DNA from: Synergistaceae bacterium
Lineage (GTDB): Bacteria; Synergistota; Synergistia; Synergistales; Synergistaceae
Assembly (NCBI GenBank): GCA_036835165.1
Contig: DAITML010000002.1
Location: forward strand, 2,559 to 66,558
Reading direction: 5' to 3'
DNA length: 64,000 nt
The position numbers and the translations under genes are program-made. The stretch's first letter is position 1; each line of letters begins with the position of its first letter. Shown here one piece after another: positions 39,162 through 49,649 of the stretch. Under the pieces are notes generated by a model. That model worked only from the letters and a program-made list of their open reading frames with translations. It searched no databases and was not told the origin of the DNA.

Positions 39162-40544
39162 ATGGTAAAAAGAGACAAATGGCGGCTGGCTTTTATTTTG
39201 GCAGTTATACTTATAGCCGCATTCATAGCTTTCCCTATAAAGGGTAAGGTCCGTTTGGGGCTGGACCTAATGGGTGGTGTCCACATCGTCCTTCAGGCGA
39301 AAGGAACACCTGAAAACCCAGTTACACCGGACAGCATAGAACGGCTTCTTGCAGTGCTCAGGAGCCGGATCGACCAGTATGGAATAGCTGAGCCGGTTAT
39401 CCAGAAACAGGGAGATGACCGCATTGCAGTTGACCTGCCAGGTATAGATGATCCGGAGGCCGCCCTTGATCTTATAGGAAGAACAGCTGTTTTGGAGTTC
39501 CGTCAGGTACTTGGTGAATCTCCGAGAGTTCCGGCTGAACCAGTACGCTCTAACTATGACAGTGACGAGCAGTTCCTGACGGCCCAGGAACGTTGGCAGC
39601 AGGCCAGGAATGAAGTTGACGCATATATCAGGCAGATGGGTGAGGCCGTAAAGACAAATCCTGACATCATTGTCGGCAAGGGAGAAAATGGCAATGCTTA
39701 CCTTCTGGGCAAGGCATATGTTACAGGCAAGGACCTCACCAAGGCTGACACGACCTTTGACCAGTTTGGGAAAGCGGCTGTCTCTCTGAAGTTCAACACA
39801 GATGGCGCCAAACTTTTTGATGAGGCTACTGCTGCCAATGTTGGGAAACAGATAGCGATAGTCCTTGATGGAGTAGTTATCTCTGCTCCGGTGGTCCAGC
39901 AGCGGATATCAGGAGGAGAGGCACAGATAACCGGCAAGTTTACTACTCCGGAGGCAAACAGGCTGGCCATAATGCTAAGGGCAGGTGCTCTTCCCGTATC
40001 TGTTGAAATACTTGAAAACAGGTCTGTCGGTCCGACTTTGGGAGCCGACTCTATAAGGCAGGGAATCCGTTCAGGATTGATAGGCGCAGTGCTTGTGGTC
40101 GTATTTATGCTGGTTTATTATGGTTTCCTGGGTGTCGCTGCAGACCTTGCGCTCTGTGTTGCCATGCTTCTGGTGATGGCGAGCCTTATATTCCTCAAAT
40201 CGACACTTACACTTCCGGGTATCGGAGGGATCATCCTTACGATCGGGATGGCAGTTGACGGAAACATCCTCATATACGAACGAATGAAGGAAGAGCTTGC
40301 GTCCGGCAAGACTCAGATGGCAGCTCTGGACTCAGGCTTCAGGAAGGCCCTGGTCGTAATACTTGACTCAAACATCACGACACTGATAGCAGCCGCAGTA
40401 TTGTTTTACTTTGGAAGCGGCCCGATCAGAGGATTTGCCGTCACACTCAGCATAGGTGTAATATCTGCGGTCTTCTGCAATGTTATAGTTACCCGTTCGC
40501 TTCTCGGAGTGATGCTGTCACACCGAAAATTGAAGACGTTGTAG
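39162..40544 (+). CDS. secD: protein translocase subunit SecD
   Basis: LGLDLMGG, VGPTLG, GMAVDGNILIYER, DSNITT. Confidence 0.96.
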   Translation: MVKRDKWRLAFILAVILIAAFIAFPIKGKVRLGLDLMGGVHIVLQAKGTPENPVTPDSIERLLAVLRSRIDQYGIAEPVIQKQGDDRIAVDLPGIDDPEAALDLIGRTAVLEFRQVLGESPRVPAEPVRSNYDSDEQFLTAQERWQQARNEVDAYIRQMGEAVKTNPDIIVGKGENGNAYLLGKAYVTGKDLTKADTTFDQFGKAAVSLKFNTDGAKLFDEATAANVGKQIAIVLDGVVISAPVVQQRISGGEAQITGKFTTPEANRLAIMLRAGALPVSVEILENRSVGPTLGADSIRQGIRSGLIGAVLVVVFMLVYYGFLGVAADLALCVAMLLVMASLIFLKSTLTLPGIGGIILTIGMAVDGNILIYERMKEELASGKTQMAALDSGFRKALVVILDSNITTLIAAAVLFYFGSGPIRGFAVTLSIGVISAVFCNVIVTRSLLGVMLSHRKLKTL

Positions 40545-40559
40545 AAGGGGGCTCTTATA

Positions 40560-41441
40560 ATGGTCACTTTTAATGCATCAAAACTGAACCTGCCATTTAT
40601 GAAATACAGAATTTACGCCATTGCGATCAGCCTCATTCTGATGATCGCATCACTTGGGCTGATAGCCACGAAGGGACTCAATCTCAGTGTTGACTTTACC
40701 GGAGGCCTTGTCCTCCAGGTGGAATTCACTTCACCTGTCCAGGTGGCAGATATCCGCTCAAGTCTCAGTTCTATCGGACAGGGGCAGGCTATCATACAGG
40801 CTTACGACAATAATGAGGTCCTGATACGTTTCCAGGCCGAGGATGAAGAAGTCCGCAGACAGGTCCTTGATACCCTCAAAAAAGATTTTGGAGACCTAAA
40901 GATCCTCAAGATAGACAAAGTCGGACCTGTAGTCGGAAAGGAGCTTCGTACCCAGGCATTTATTGCTCTGGGTTTGGCCTTGGCCGGCATACTTACCTAC
41001 ATGGCGTTCCGTTTCAAATTTCGGTTTGGAGTGGCAGCGGTTTTATCGCTTGTCCACGACTCGATCTTAATGCTGGGCATGTACAGCCTGACAGGCAAGG
41101 AGGTATCGGTCGCGTTTATTGCGGCGATACTTACCGTAGTCGGTTATTCACTTAATGACTCAATAGTCGTACTTGACCGTGTACGCGAAAACTGGTCCTC
41201 AGTAAGGACTAAAGGGGTCGTTGAGCTTGTGGACATGTCGATAAACCAGACACTCGCCAGAACGATCAATACATCCGTTACAACATTGCTCCCGGTAATT
41301 GCAATGTTCATATTCGGCGGAGAAGTCATCAGCAATTTTGCTTTTGCGTTTCTGGTTGGGATAATAGTCGGCACATACAGCTCGATATATGTGGCAAGCG
41401 GGATAGTCGCGGAGTGGTATCTGCGTTTTCCGAAAATCTAA
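40560..41441 (+). CDS. secF: protein translocase subunit SecF
   Basis: VDFTGG, GYSLNDSIVVLDRVRE, RTINTS, GTYSS. Confidence 0.96.
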   Translation: MVTFNASKLNLPFMKYRIYAIAISLILMIASLGLIATKGLNLSVDFTGGLVLQVEFTSPVQVADIRSSLSSIGQGQAIIQAYDNNEVLIRFQAEDEEVRRQVLDTLKKDFGDLKILKIDKVGPVVGKELRTQAFIALGLALAGILTYMAFRFKFRFGVAAVLSLVHDSILMLGMYSLTGKEVSVAFIAAILTVVGYSLNDSIVVLDRVRENWSSVRTKGVVELVDMSINQTLARTINTSVTTLLPVIAMFIFGGEVISNFAFAFLVGIIVGTYSSIYVASGIVAEWYLRFPKI

Positions 41442-41457
41442 TGGCACTTTGATTTTC

Positions 41458-41486
41458 AAGGGAGGCCTTGTGCCTCTCTTTTTTTT
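41458..41486 (+). terminator. intrinsic terminator after secF
   Basis: AAGGGAGGC-CTTGT-GCCTCTCTT followed by T6. Confidence 0.8.
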
Positions 41487-41566
41487 GTCTTTTTATCACC
41501 ATTTTGTTGTATTATAGATAATCAAACAGAAAGCATTTTGATCGCTTGCCTATGAGGAGGGGTTTT

Positions 41567-41938
41567 ATGAAGAGCTATATACTAGCCATAACTGTTACCA
41601 TGTTCCTGTCCGCTCTTTTTGCTTTTCAGAATATAGGTGACGTGACAGTCAGATTTCTTGTTTTTGAATGGGTCTTCCCGCAGGGAGTTTGGGAAGTGCT
41701 GGTCTTCTGTGCAGGTGCTGCGATAATGTGGATATTTTCGATCTTTTCTATGTTTGAGGTAAGAGGTAAATATAAAAAAGAGCTGAAAGCAAAGGATGAA
41801 AGAATAGCTGCTGTCGAAAAAGAAAAAAAGACGATACTGGAATCCTTGGCGGCATCAAGAAACCCTCTGCCTGTGAACGAAGATCCCGGACAAAGAGATA
41901 ATTCAGGGGAATATCCTTCCGGCGGAACGGTCGAGTAG
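41567..41938 (+). CDS. LapA (DUF1049) family membrane protein
   Basis: TM-FAFQN...VTVRFL-TM followed by coiled coil; GAGGAGG RBS. Confidence 0.8.
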   Translation: MKSYILAITVTMFLSALFAFQNIGDVTVRFLVFEWVFPQGVWEVLVFCAGAAIMWIFSIFSMFEVRGKYKKELKAKDERIAAVEKEKKTILESLAASRNPLPVNEDPGQRDNSGEYPSGGTVE

Positions 41939-41939
41939 T

Positions 41940-43598
41940 TTGGTAGTATTCTGTTCAAAAAATGAACTTAACATTTACAGGCCAGGACAGACTGCCGCGG
42001 GTATAGCCGCGCGTCTTGACTGTTCCCTTTTTCAGGCTGCTCTGCTGGAAATGAGAGGAATTACGACGGATACCAGTGATTCGGAAATAAAAAGCTGGGT
42101 TTCTCCCGATATGGAGAGTATGCTGGACTGCCTTGACCTGGGGGAGAACAATACTTTTGCCGCTGAGGTATTCAGATCCCTTAATGAAGGATCTGATGTG
42201 GTTGTATACGGAGACTATGATGTCGACGGAATATCTGCGACAGCCCTTGCGGTGGAAATGGCCCTTTACAGGAGGGCAAGCGTCAGGTATTTCATTCCCC
42301 ACCGCTTCAATCAGGGTTATGGACTGCATTCTGATGTGGCGACAAGCATCGCGAAGAGAAAGTGTGATCTGGTAATAGTCGTGGATTGCGGGACACAGGA
42401 TGCCGAGTCTGTAAAACTGATAAGAGAGAGCGGTATCCCGGTCGTGATCCTTGACCACCACCTTGCTGAGGGCGACCTTGCTCTGTCTGATACGATGGTC
42501 AACCCCCAGATCGGCGGGGATGTTACGGCCAAAAGACTTTGTGCTGCAGGAGTAATATGGTGTTGGGCATGGCAGAATGAACTTCTTCCCAGGGAAATAC
42601 TGAGAAAGCTGCTTGACCTTGTCGCTTTGGCAACCATTGCTGACTGTGTCTCACTGGCTTCTCCCCTGAACAGAGTCCTCGTCCAGGGAGGGCTTGATGT
42701 TCTTAGAAAAGCACCAAGGCCCGGGCTGTCCATACTTATGGAAAAGCTTGGCATAATCCCTTCCGCTCTTGATCCGGAAGATTTGGCAATGAAGATCATA
42801 CCATGCCTTAACGCGGCCGGAAGACTCTATTTTGCTGACCTTGCGGTAAAAATACTATTTAATGCGGAAGATCTTCCTGAAAAGGTAGACAAAATAATAG
42901 AACTGAATAAAAAAAGAAGGGAGCTCTCCTCCAGGATACTTGAACAGGTAGACGCTGAACACGCAGATCCTTATCAATATGTCCTGACTGATAAGGACTG
43001 GTCAGTAGGAGTCCTGAGCAGCGTGGCAAGCAGAATATGCAGCGAGAGGAACGCCCCGGTCGCCCTTGTGGCATCGGTAGGCGAGATCATGAGGGGCACC
43101 CTCAGGATGCCTGCCGGGGGGGATGCTGTCGGAGTGCTTAAAACACTTGCCCCGTTGCTGAATACGTGGGGAGGACACCGTCTTGCTGCAGGTTTCAGCG
43201 TAAAGTCCGATAAATGGCAGGAAGTCAGGGATGAAATGGAAAAGATGCTTTCCGGGGTAAGCGTGTCAAACGACAAAGAGGATCTTTTATATTGGCTGCC
43301 CTCGGAACTTGACCTCAAGTCATGGACTGAAGCAGAAAAACTGGGGCCGTTTGGCATGGATAATCCATGTCCGAGACTATATTTTCCATACAGCGGCAAC
43401 GTTAAGATAATCCCCATTGGCAAAAATGGAAGACATGTGAAGATCGATCTTGGCGAATCGATGCTTTTGGGATTCGGTGCCGCAGATATGCTAAAGGAGA
43501 GGGAAGGCCTCATGGGCTGGGTATACAGGCCACGTGTAGATACATGGCGCAATGTGACCTCACTTCAGCTGGTGCTGGAAAAGATGGTCACTGCATAG
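41940..43598 (+). CDS. recJ: single-stranded DNA exonuclease RecJ (DHH family)
   Basis: YGDYDVDG, VDCG, ILDHH, TIAD, LNAAGR, GGHRLAAG, PFGMDNP. Confidence 0.92.
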   Translation: MVVFCSKNELNIYRPGQTAAGIAARLDCSLFQAALLEMRGITTDTSDSEIKSWVSPDMESMLDCLDLGENNTFAAEVFRSLNEGSDVVVYGDYDVDGISATALAVEMALYRRASVRYFIPHRFNQGYGLHSDVATSIAKRKCDLVIVVDCGTQDAESVKLIRESGIPVVILDHHLAEGDLALSDTMVNPQIGGDVTAKRLCAAGVIWCWAWQNELLPREILRKLLDLVALATIADCVSLASPLNRVLVQGGLDVLRKAPRPGLSILMEKLGIIPSALDPEDLAMKIIPCLNAAGRLYFADLAVKILFNAEDLPEKVDKIIELNKKRRELSSRILEQVDAEHADPYQYVLTDKDWSVGVLSSVASRICSERNAPVALVASVGEIMRGTLRMPAGGDAVGVLKTLAPLLNTWGGHRLAAGFSVKSDKWQEVRDEMEKMLSGVSVSNDKEDLLYWLPSELDLKSWTEAEKLGPFGMDNPCPRLYFPYSGNVKIIPIGKNGRHVKIDLGESMLLGFGAADMLKEREGLMGWVYRPRVDTWRNVTSLQLVLEKMVTA

Positions 43599-43630
43599 CT
43601 GATCTTGCTGAATTGCGTGGTGCTGCACAA

Positions 43631-45943
43631 ATGAGCGAAGATAAAAAAAACGGGATATCAAATGTGCGCTCTGCTCACCTCTCAGGTATGGGCAGAAAGG
43701 GTGACAGCGGTCTGAGTGAGAAGAGCTGCAGATCTCTGATGGAGGGCTATTGGGGACGCATACCGGAGTCTCAGCGTGTATCTGCCTTAAGATTGACCTG
43801 GCAGGACCTTTGGGCCAAGATATCCAGATATCTTTCAAAAGAAGACCTGACAGCAATAGGGGAAGCCTTTGTTTTTGCTTCAGAGTCGCATGGCGGACAG
43901 ATGAGGTACAGCGGAGATCCATACATAGTCCATACTGTTTCGGTAGCAGCTATCCTTGCAGGGATGGAGATAGACCGCGAGACGATAATCGCATCGCTGC
44001 TCCATGATGTCCTTGAGGACACGCAGGTAACAACAGAGGAACTGTCTGAAAAATTCGGACAGGGTGTAGTCACTCTGGTAGATGGTGTAACAAAGCTAGG
44101 CAAACTTCCTTTTAAAACATTCGAGGACTATCAGGCAGAGAATCTGAGGAAAATGTTTGTGGTGATGGCGAAGGATATCAGGGTCGTCCTGATCAAGCTT
44201 GCAGACCGCCTTCACAACATGAGGACCATATCTTCACACAAAAGGGAGAAACAGATCACGATCGCCAGGGAGACAATTGAAATTTATGCTCCGCTGGCCC
44301 ATCGTCTTGGCATATACCAGGTAAAGAGGGAGCTCGAAGATCTCTCTTTTCGTATCCTTGATCCCGAGATGTACTATGACATAAAGCGCAGGGTCAGAAA
44401 AAAACTTCCCGAGCGTGAAATGATAATAAAAGAGGCAATGGACATCCTTTCTCAGAAAATTGAGGAAGATGGGCTGGAGGCCTCGATAAAAGGACGGCCT
44501 AAACATTTTTACAGCATATATGAAAAGATGAGGAGAAAAAACCTTTCCCTTGATCAGCTTTACGACCTCCTGGCACTCAGGGTCATAGTAAAGAATCTGG
44601 CCGACTGCTACCAGGTCCTCGGAATAGTCCATACCATTTGGAAGCCCATACCGGGCCAGTTCGATGACTACATAGCAAACCCGAAGAGCAACCTCTACCA
44701 ATCGCTGCATACAACGGTGGTAGGTCCGGCAGGCGAGCCGCTTGAAGTTCAGATCAGAACTTGGGAAATGCACTCTCTTGCCGAATACGGGATCGCTGCC
44801 CACTGGAACTACAAAGAGGGCGGGAAGAGAGTTAACAATATGGATGAGGGGCTTACATGGATACGTAAAGCCCTTGAAGTAGTGCCCGAAGGCCAGGAGG
44901 ATGAGGGAGTAAGCTCTCAATTCCTGGACAACCTGAAAACAGACGTGCTTTCATCGGATGTTTTTGTGTTCACTCCGAAAGGAAACGTAATATCAGTACC
45001 TAACGGTTCCACTCCCATTGATTTCGCATATGCGATCCATACGGAGATAGGCCATAAGTGCGTAGGGGCTATGGTAAACGGCAGGATAGCCCCTATGGAT
45101 CATGTGCTGCAGAACGGGGACATCGTCCGCATACTTACATCACCTCAGGGCAAACCCTCCAGAGACTGGCTTAAGATAGCAAAATCCACTAGGACAAGGA
45201 GCAAGATCAAAAGCTGGTTCCGCCAACAGGACAGGCAGGAGAGGGAAGAAAAGATCAGACGGGGCAGGGATCTCATTGAAAAAGAGTCCCTGAGAAGGAA
45301 TCCCGGAATTGAAAATCCGCTGGAAACACTTTCCCCGAACCTTAGTCAGGTAGCAAGGGAAATGGGCTACCTCAATACTGAGGAGCTCATAGTATCTGTT
45401 GGAACAGGAAACCATACCGCTGCCAGCGTGCTTGGCAGGATAACGTCTGATACGAAGCAGCCTCCTGAGCCGATACCTTCGCAGGCTCCTCCGCAAAGGA
45501 ACGAAGCGGACTCGGAGATAGTGGTCGAGGGAGCTTCCGGTGTCCTTGTCTCTCTTGCTCAGTGCTGCAGGCCTGTCCCGGGAGACCAGATAATAGGATG
45601 TGTCACGCAGAGCAGAGGAATTACTGTACACCGCAAAGACTGTGTTAACATAGACAAGGCCGATCCGAACAAATTGATCGCGGTATCATGGGGCAGGTTG
45701 AAGGATCACCGATACACTGCCAGAATAAAAGTTGAGGGTGTAGACAAGCCTACGCTCTTCGGCGAAATTGTTCAGGCAATAACGGCAATGGATGGCGTGC
45801 TTGTGGGTGTCAGGGCAAATGTTGTGAATAATTCGAGGACACGTGTTGTAGCTGATGTCCAGATTAAAGATATAGAGCATCTTTACAGAATAATTGCAAG
45901 GCTGAACACAATATCGGGAGTCATAGAGATAACCAGGGGGTGA
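43631..45943 (+). CDS. rel: bifunctional (p)ppGpp synthetase/hydrolase Rel
   Basis: LLHDVLEDT hydrolase, RPKH..SIYEKM, YQSLHT, EVQIRT, then TGS, CC and ACT domains; start uncertain. Confidence 0.96.
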   Translation: MSEDKKNGISNVRSAHLSGMGRKGDSGLSEKSCRSLMEGYWGRIPESQRVSALRLTWQDLWAKISRYLSKEDLTAIGEAFVFASESHGGQMRYSGDPYIVHTVSVAAILAGMEIDRETIIASLLHDVLEDTQVTTEELSEKFGQGVVTLVDGVTKLGKLPFKTFEDYQAENLRKMFVVMAKDIRVVLIKLADRLHNMRTISSHKREKQITIARETIEIYAPLAHRLGIYQVKRELEDLSFRILDPEMYYDIKRRVRKKLPEREMIIKEAMDILSQKIEEDGLEASIKGRPKHFYSIYEKMRRKNLSLDQLYDLLALRVIVKNLADCYQVLGIVHTIWKPIPGQFDDYIANPKSNLYQSLHTTVVGPAGEPLEVQIRTWEMHSLAEYGIAAHWNYKEGGKRVNNMDEGLTWIRKALEVVPEGQEDEGVSSQFLDNLKTDVLSSDVFVFTPKGNVISVPNGSTPIDFAYAIHTEIGHKCVGAMVNGRIAPMDHVLQNGDIVRILTSPQGKPSRDWLKIAKSTRTRSKIKSWFRQQDRQEREEKIRRGRDLIEKESLRRNPGIENPLETLSPNLSQVAREMGYLNTEELIVSVGTGNHTAASVLGRITSDTKQPPEPIPSQAPPQRNEADSEIVVEGASGVLVSLAQCCRPVPGDQIIGCVTQSRGITVHRKDCVNIDKADPNKLIAVSWGRLKDHRYTARIKVEGVDKPTLFGEIVQAITAMDGVLVGVRANVVNNSRTRVVADVQIKDIEHLYRIIARLNTISGVIEITRG

Positions 45944-45949
45944 TCATGC

Positions 45950-46393
45950 TTGAAGGCGCTGCTTCAGCGAGTTGACAGGGCAAGCGTGACTGTCGGAAGC
46001 AATGTGACAGGCAGTATAGGGAAAGGACTGTGCGTTTTTTTGGGTGTTGTCAACGGTGACACTGAAAAGGATATCGCATGGCTTGCAGATAAAATTGTGA
46101 ACCTAAGAATATTTGATGATGAATCGGGCAAAATGAACAGATCTGTCATGGATGAAAAGGGAGAGATCCTTGTAGTATCCCAGTTTACGCTGTGCGGTGA
46201 CTGTAAAAGAGGCAGGAGACCCTCATGGACTCATGCCGCTGACCCGGTTGCTGCCAACAGCATGTATGAGATATTCGTGAGGGAAATAGAGTCAAGGGGC
46301 ATCATCACAGCTACTGGGATTTTTCAGGCGCTGATGAAGGTGGATATTTGTAATGACGGCCCGGTGACTCTCATGATAGACAGCAGGGAGTGA
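45950..46393 (+). CDS. dtd: D-aminoacyl-tRNA deacylase
   Basis: LQRV, LRIF, SQFTL, NDGPVT. Confidence 0.96.
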   Translation: MKALLQRVDRASVTVGSNVTGSIGKGLCVFLGVVNGDTEKDIAWLADKIVNLRIFDDESGKMNRSVMDEKGEILVVSQFTLCGDCKRGRRPSWTHAADPVAANSMYEIFVREIESRGIITATGIFQALMKVDICNDGPVTLMIDSRE

Positions 46394-46400
46394 TTTAGGC

Positions 46401-47030
46401 ATGAAGATAAAAAGATTTGCTTTAGGACCGCTGTGGACGAACTGCTATGTGATAAGCGACGGAGGCGACGAGGGTGTAGTTGTCGATCCGGGAGGACCAG
46501 CGGGTGAAGTAGAGGATTATGTCAGGGAAAACGACATCAGGCTTCACTGGATCATACTCACTCATGGACACGGGGATCATATAGGAGGCGTATCCGACCT
46601 TAGGAACCTCTCTGAAAAAGGCATCGCGATACATTCCGAAGATGCTGACTGTCTTACAGATGCAAGCAGGAACCTCTCTGCATTTATGGGTACCTCTGTA
46701 GAGCTCCCTTCTGCTGACAAAATGCTCAATGAAGGCGATATCCTGAAGGTAGGTAAAATGACCATAAGGGTCATCCATACGCCGGGGCACACTTTGGGCG
46801 GTATTTGCCTGCATATTGCGGAGGGTGAGGAAGAAGTCCTGATATCGGGAGATACCCTATTTGCCCGTTCTATAGGGAGAAGCGACCTTCCGGGCGGAGA
46901 TGAGAATGTGCTGATAAATTCCCTGAAAAAATTGTCTGATCTGCCGGAGAAGATCAGGGTCTTCCCCGGACACGGGCCCGAGACGACTATAGGCGCAGAG
47001 AAACTTTATAATCCATATTGGCCAAGATAG
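46401..47030 (+). CDS. MBL-fold metallo-hydrolase
   Basis: THGHGDHIGG, TPGHT, GDTLF, PGHG. Confidence 0.93.
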   Translation: MKIKRFALGPLWTNCYVISDGGDEGVVVDPGGPAGEVEDYVRENDIRLHWIILTHGHGDHIGGVSDLRNLSEKGIAIHSEDADCLTDASRNLSAFMGTSVELPSADKMLNEGDILKVGKMTIRVIHTPGHTLGGICLHIAEGEEEVLISGDTLFARSIGRSDLPGGDENVLINSLKKLSDLPEKIRVFPGHGPETTIGAEKLYNPYWPR

Positions 47031-47037
47031 TTCCGTA

Positions 47038-47688
47038 ATGAACATAAGGGATCTGCCAAAAGAAGAAAGACCGAGAGAGAAGCTCCTGGCCCATGGAGCG
47101 GGATCCCTTTCGGTGCTCGAACTTCTTGCTATACTTCTCAGGACGGGCAGAAAAGGTGAAGACGTACTGGAATTTTCTGCCTATCTCCTGAATGAATGGG
47201 GAGGCCTTGAGGGGCTTTGCCGTGCGGGTCCAAGAGAACTGATGAGGGAAAAGGGCCTCAATTCGGCAAAAGCGGCGACGTTGGCAGCTGTCATTGAACT
47301 TGCCAGCAGGATCGCTTCTCTTGAGGGGAATTCAGGAGACCGGTGGCAGGCAAGGCTGGAAAAGATTGCCAACGATACACGTTTCTGCGACAGAGAGATG
47401 ATATATGCACTTTTCCTGGATGCAGGAGGAAAGGTCCTTGAGGAGGAAAAAATATCCTACGGAGGCCAAAGCGGTGCATTTATGGACATACCCGTATTTT
47501 ACAGAAAGGCAGTCAGGATAAATGCATACGGTGTGGTTCTGCTCCACAACCATCCTGACGGAAGCTGCTCAGCCAGCAGTGAGGACATTGCTATCACGGA
47601 TCAACTTAGAAAAGGGCTTGATTATCTTGGAGTTGAGCTTTTGGGCCATTATATTGCAGCCGGGGGGCGGCTTACGCAAGTTCCATGA
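47038..47688 (+). CDS. radC: RadC (JAB domain) family protein
   Basis: ERPREKLL..G..SLS..ELLAILL, HNHPDG....SSED. Confidence 0.9.
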   Translation: MNIRDLPKEERPREKLLAHGAGSLSVLELLAILLRTGRKGEDVLEFSAYLLNEWGGLEGLCRAGPRELMREKGLNSAKAATLAAVIELASRIASLEGNSGDRWQARLEKIANDTRFCDREMIYALFLDAGGKVLEEEKISYGGQSGAFMDIPVFYRKAVRINAYGVVLLHNHPDGSCSASSEDIAITDQLRKGLDYLGVELLGHYIAAGGRLTQVP

Positions 47689-47761
47689 TGCAGTGAGCGC
47701 CCTTAAATGAGATAATATACAAGGATATTTCCTGGGGAAATTTTTGAAAGCGGGTGGCAGG

Positions 47762-48817
47762 GTGTTAAAGTTCAGACCGAACTTGTTCAATTATGAAATA
47801 GGTATAGACATAGGTACAGTAAATACGGTCATTTTTATGAAATCCAAGGGTGTGGTAGTAAATGAGCCATCTGTTGTCGCAGTAAGGAATCTCGACAGAA
47901 AAGGGCAGAAAGAGATAATAGCTTTTGGTACGGATGCAAAAAAAATGATAGGGCGTACCCCTATAGGCATCAAAACCATCAGACCACTTGCCAACGGAGT
48001 CATTGCCGACTTTGAAATGACAGAACACATGATCAGGCACTATATGAAAAACCTGACAGGAACCGGAAAGTTCTTTTCATACCCGAAAGTAGCAGTATGT
48101 GTGCCGGCATGTGTTACAGAGGTGGAGAAGAGGGCGGTCGTTGAAGTGACACTTGCCGCAGGAGCAAAGGAAGCTATAGTTGTTGAGGAACCCCTTGCCG
48201 CAGCCGTGGGTATCGGGATAGCCATCAACGAACCGCAGGGCAACGTTGTAGTAAACATGGGAGGCGGGACCTGTGAAGTTGCGGTGATATCCCTGGGCGG
48301 AATAGTTGTCAACCATGCGGTGAGAGTGGCCGGCAACTCCCTTGATGAGGCGATAATATCAATGATGCGCCAGAATTACACTCTTGCCATAGGTGAGAGC
48401 ACTGCTGAAGAAATAAAGATAGCGATCGGCTCGGCTCTTCCGATGGAGCAGGAGCTGACTATGAATGTCAAAGGGCGCGATTTGGTAGACGGTCTTCCAA
48501 AAGTTGTCACATTAAGTTCTGTGGAGGTCAGGGAAGCATTAGAGCCGGTCGTTTCACAGATAGAGGATACGATCCGCTCCGCTGTCGAGCAGACTCCCCC
48601 CGAGCTTGTGAGGGATATTGTGGATCAGGGAATAGTACTCTCCGGAGGTACCGCTCTCCTGAGAGGGCTGAGCCTGCGTTTCTCAGATGCGCTCAACGTA
48701 CCGGTCCACGTTGCCGAGCAGCCTCTTTTTTCAGTTGCGCTTGGGTTGGGCAAAATACTGGAGACACCGAGGGAAAAGAGCAAAGTATCTATAACTATAG
48801 ACAGACAGGGCAGCTGA
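47762..48817 (+). CDS. mreB: rod shape-determining actin MreB
   Basis: IGIDIGT, EPSVVA, EEPLAAA, GGGTCEVAVISLGG; start 47744 or 47762. Confidence 0.95.
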   Translation: MLKFRPNLFNYEIGIDIGTVNTVIFMKSKGVVVNEPSVVAVRNLDRKGQKEIIAFGTDAKKMIGRTPIGIKTIRPLANGVIADFEMTEHMIRHYMKNLTGTGKFFSYPKVAVCVPACVTEVEKRAVVEVTLAAGAKEAIVVEEPLAAAVGIGIAINEPQGNVVVNMGGGTCEVAVISLGGIVVNHAVRVAGNSLDEAIISMMRQNYTLAIGESTAEEIKIAIGSALPMEQELTMNVKGRDLVDGLPKVVTLSSVEVREALEPVVSQIEDTIRSAVEQTPPELVRDIVDQGIVLSGGTALLRGLSLRFSDALNVPVHVAEQPLFSVALGLGKILETPREKSKVSITIDRQGS

Positions 48818-48863
48818 AAAAACTTGCACTGTCTTTTCAAGCAGTTTTGGAGGTGCTGCCGGA

Positions 48864-49649
48864 ATGAATATTCTGGACAGAGAGCTTAAGCCGTGGCTGC
48901 ACGGTGTAGTGTCTGTGCTGCTTGGCTTTTGTGTGCTCTGGTCAATGATCAATTTTCCGGAACTGCATATTGCAATGGTCGACGGAGTAAACAACGTACT
49001 TTACTATCCGGAAAAACCCGCAATTGAGCTCAGGAATATAGTGAAATACAGCAGCAACTGGGTCCTTGAGAGGTCGAGCCTGCAAGAGAGGGTTACGAGG
49101 CTTGAGCTTGCCAACAGGGCTATGTCCGAAAAGCTTCAGAAGGCCGGCATAAATGTTTTGCCCATTAAGGAAGGCAAAGTCACAGCAAAAATCACGCTGA
49201 GATATCCGGATGACTGGTGGCAGGGATTCAGGATAGACAAAGGGAGCAGGGATGGGATCAAAGAAGGGGCCGCAGTTACTTCGGAGGGGTTTTTGATAGG
49301 CCGTGTAACAAGGGTCGCCCCCAATTATTCATGGGTACAGATGATAACATCCTCTTCTTTTCTTATTGCAGCTGCTGTTGATGAGACACGCGATCTTGGA
49401 GTAATTAACGGAGATGACAAGGGAAACCTTACTCTCTTATATGTTCCGGAAGAGAGAGGATTGAAAGGCGGCATGGGAGTCTCTACATCCCTTATGGGTA
49501 GGCATGTGCCGCCCGGCATCCCCATCGGAAGAATAATAGGTTCAATGGGGAGCAAGGATGGCTTCAAACCGATGATGATACAGGCTGGAGCGCATCTTAC
49601 CCAGCTTTACAGTGTTGAGGTCTACTCCGGAGGGGAGAGCAAGGAATGA
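48864..49649 (+). CDS. mreC: rod shape-determining protein MreC
   Basis: TM plus coiled coil, IDKGSRDGI, LIGRV, PPGIPIG. Confidence 0.9.
   Translation: MNILDRELKPWLHGVVSVLLGFCVLWSMINFPELHIAMVDGVNNVLYYPEKPAIELRNIVKYSSNWVLERSSLQERVTRLELANRAMSEKLQKAGINVLPIKEGKVTAKITLRYPDDWWQGFRIDKGSRDGIKEGAAVTSEGFLIGRVTRVAPNYSWVQMITSSSFLIAAAVDETRDLGVINGDDKGNLTLLYVPEERGLKGGMGVSTSLMGRHVPPGIPIGRIIGSMGSKDGFKPMMIQAGAHLTQLYSVEVYSGGESKE

Noticed and set aside
47038..47688. radC as a marker of a mobile element or defence island
   Set aside because: Full-length chromosomal form in its usual position before mreBCD; no integrase or flanking repeats.
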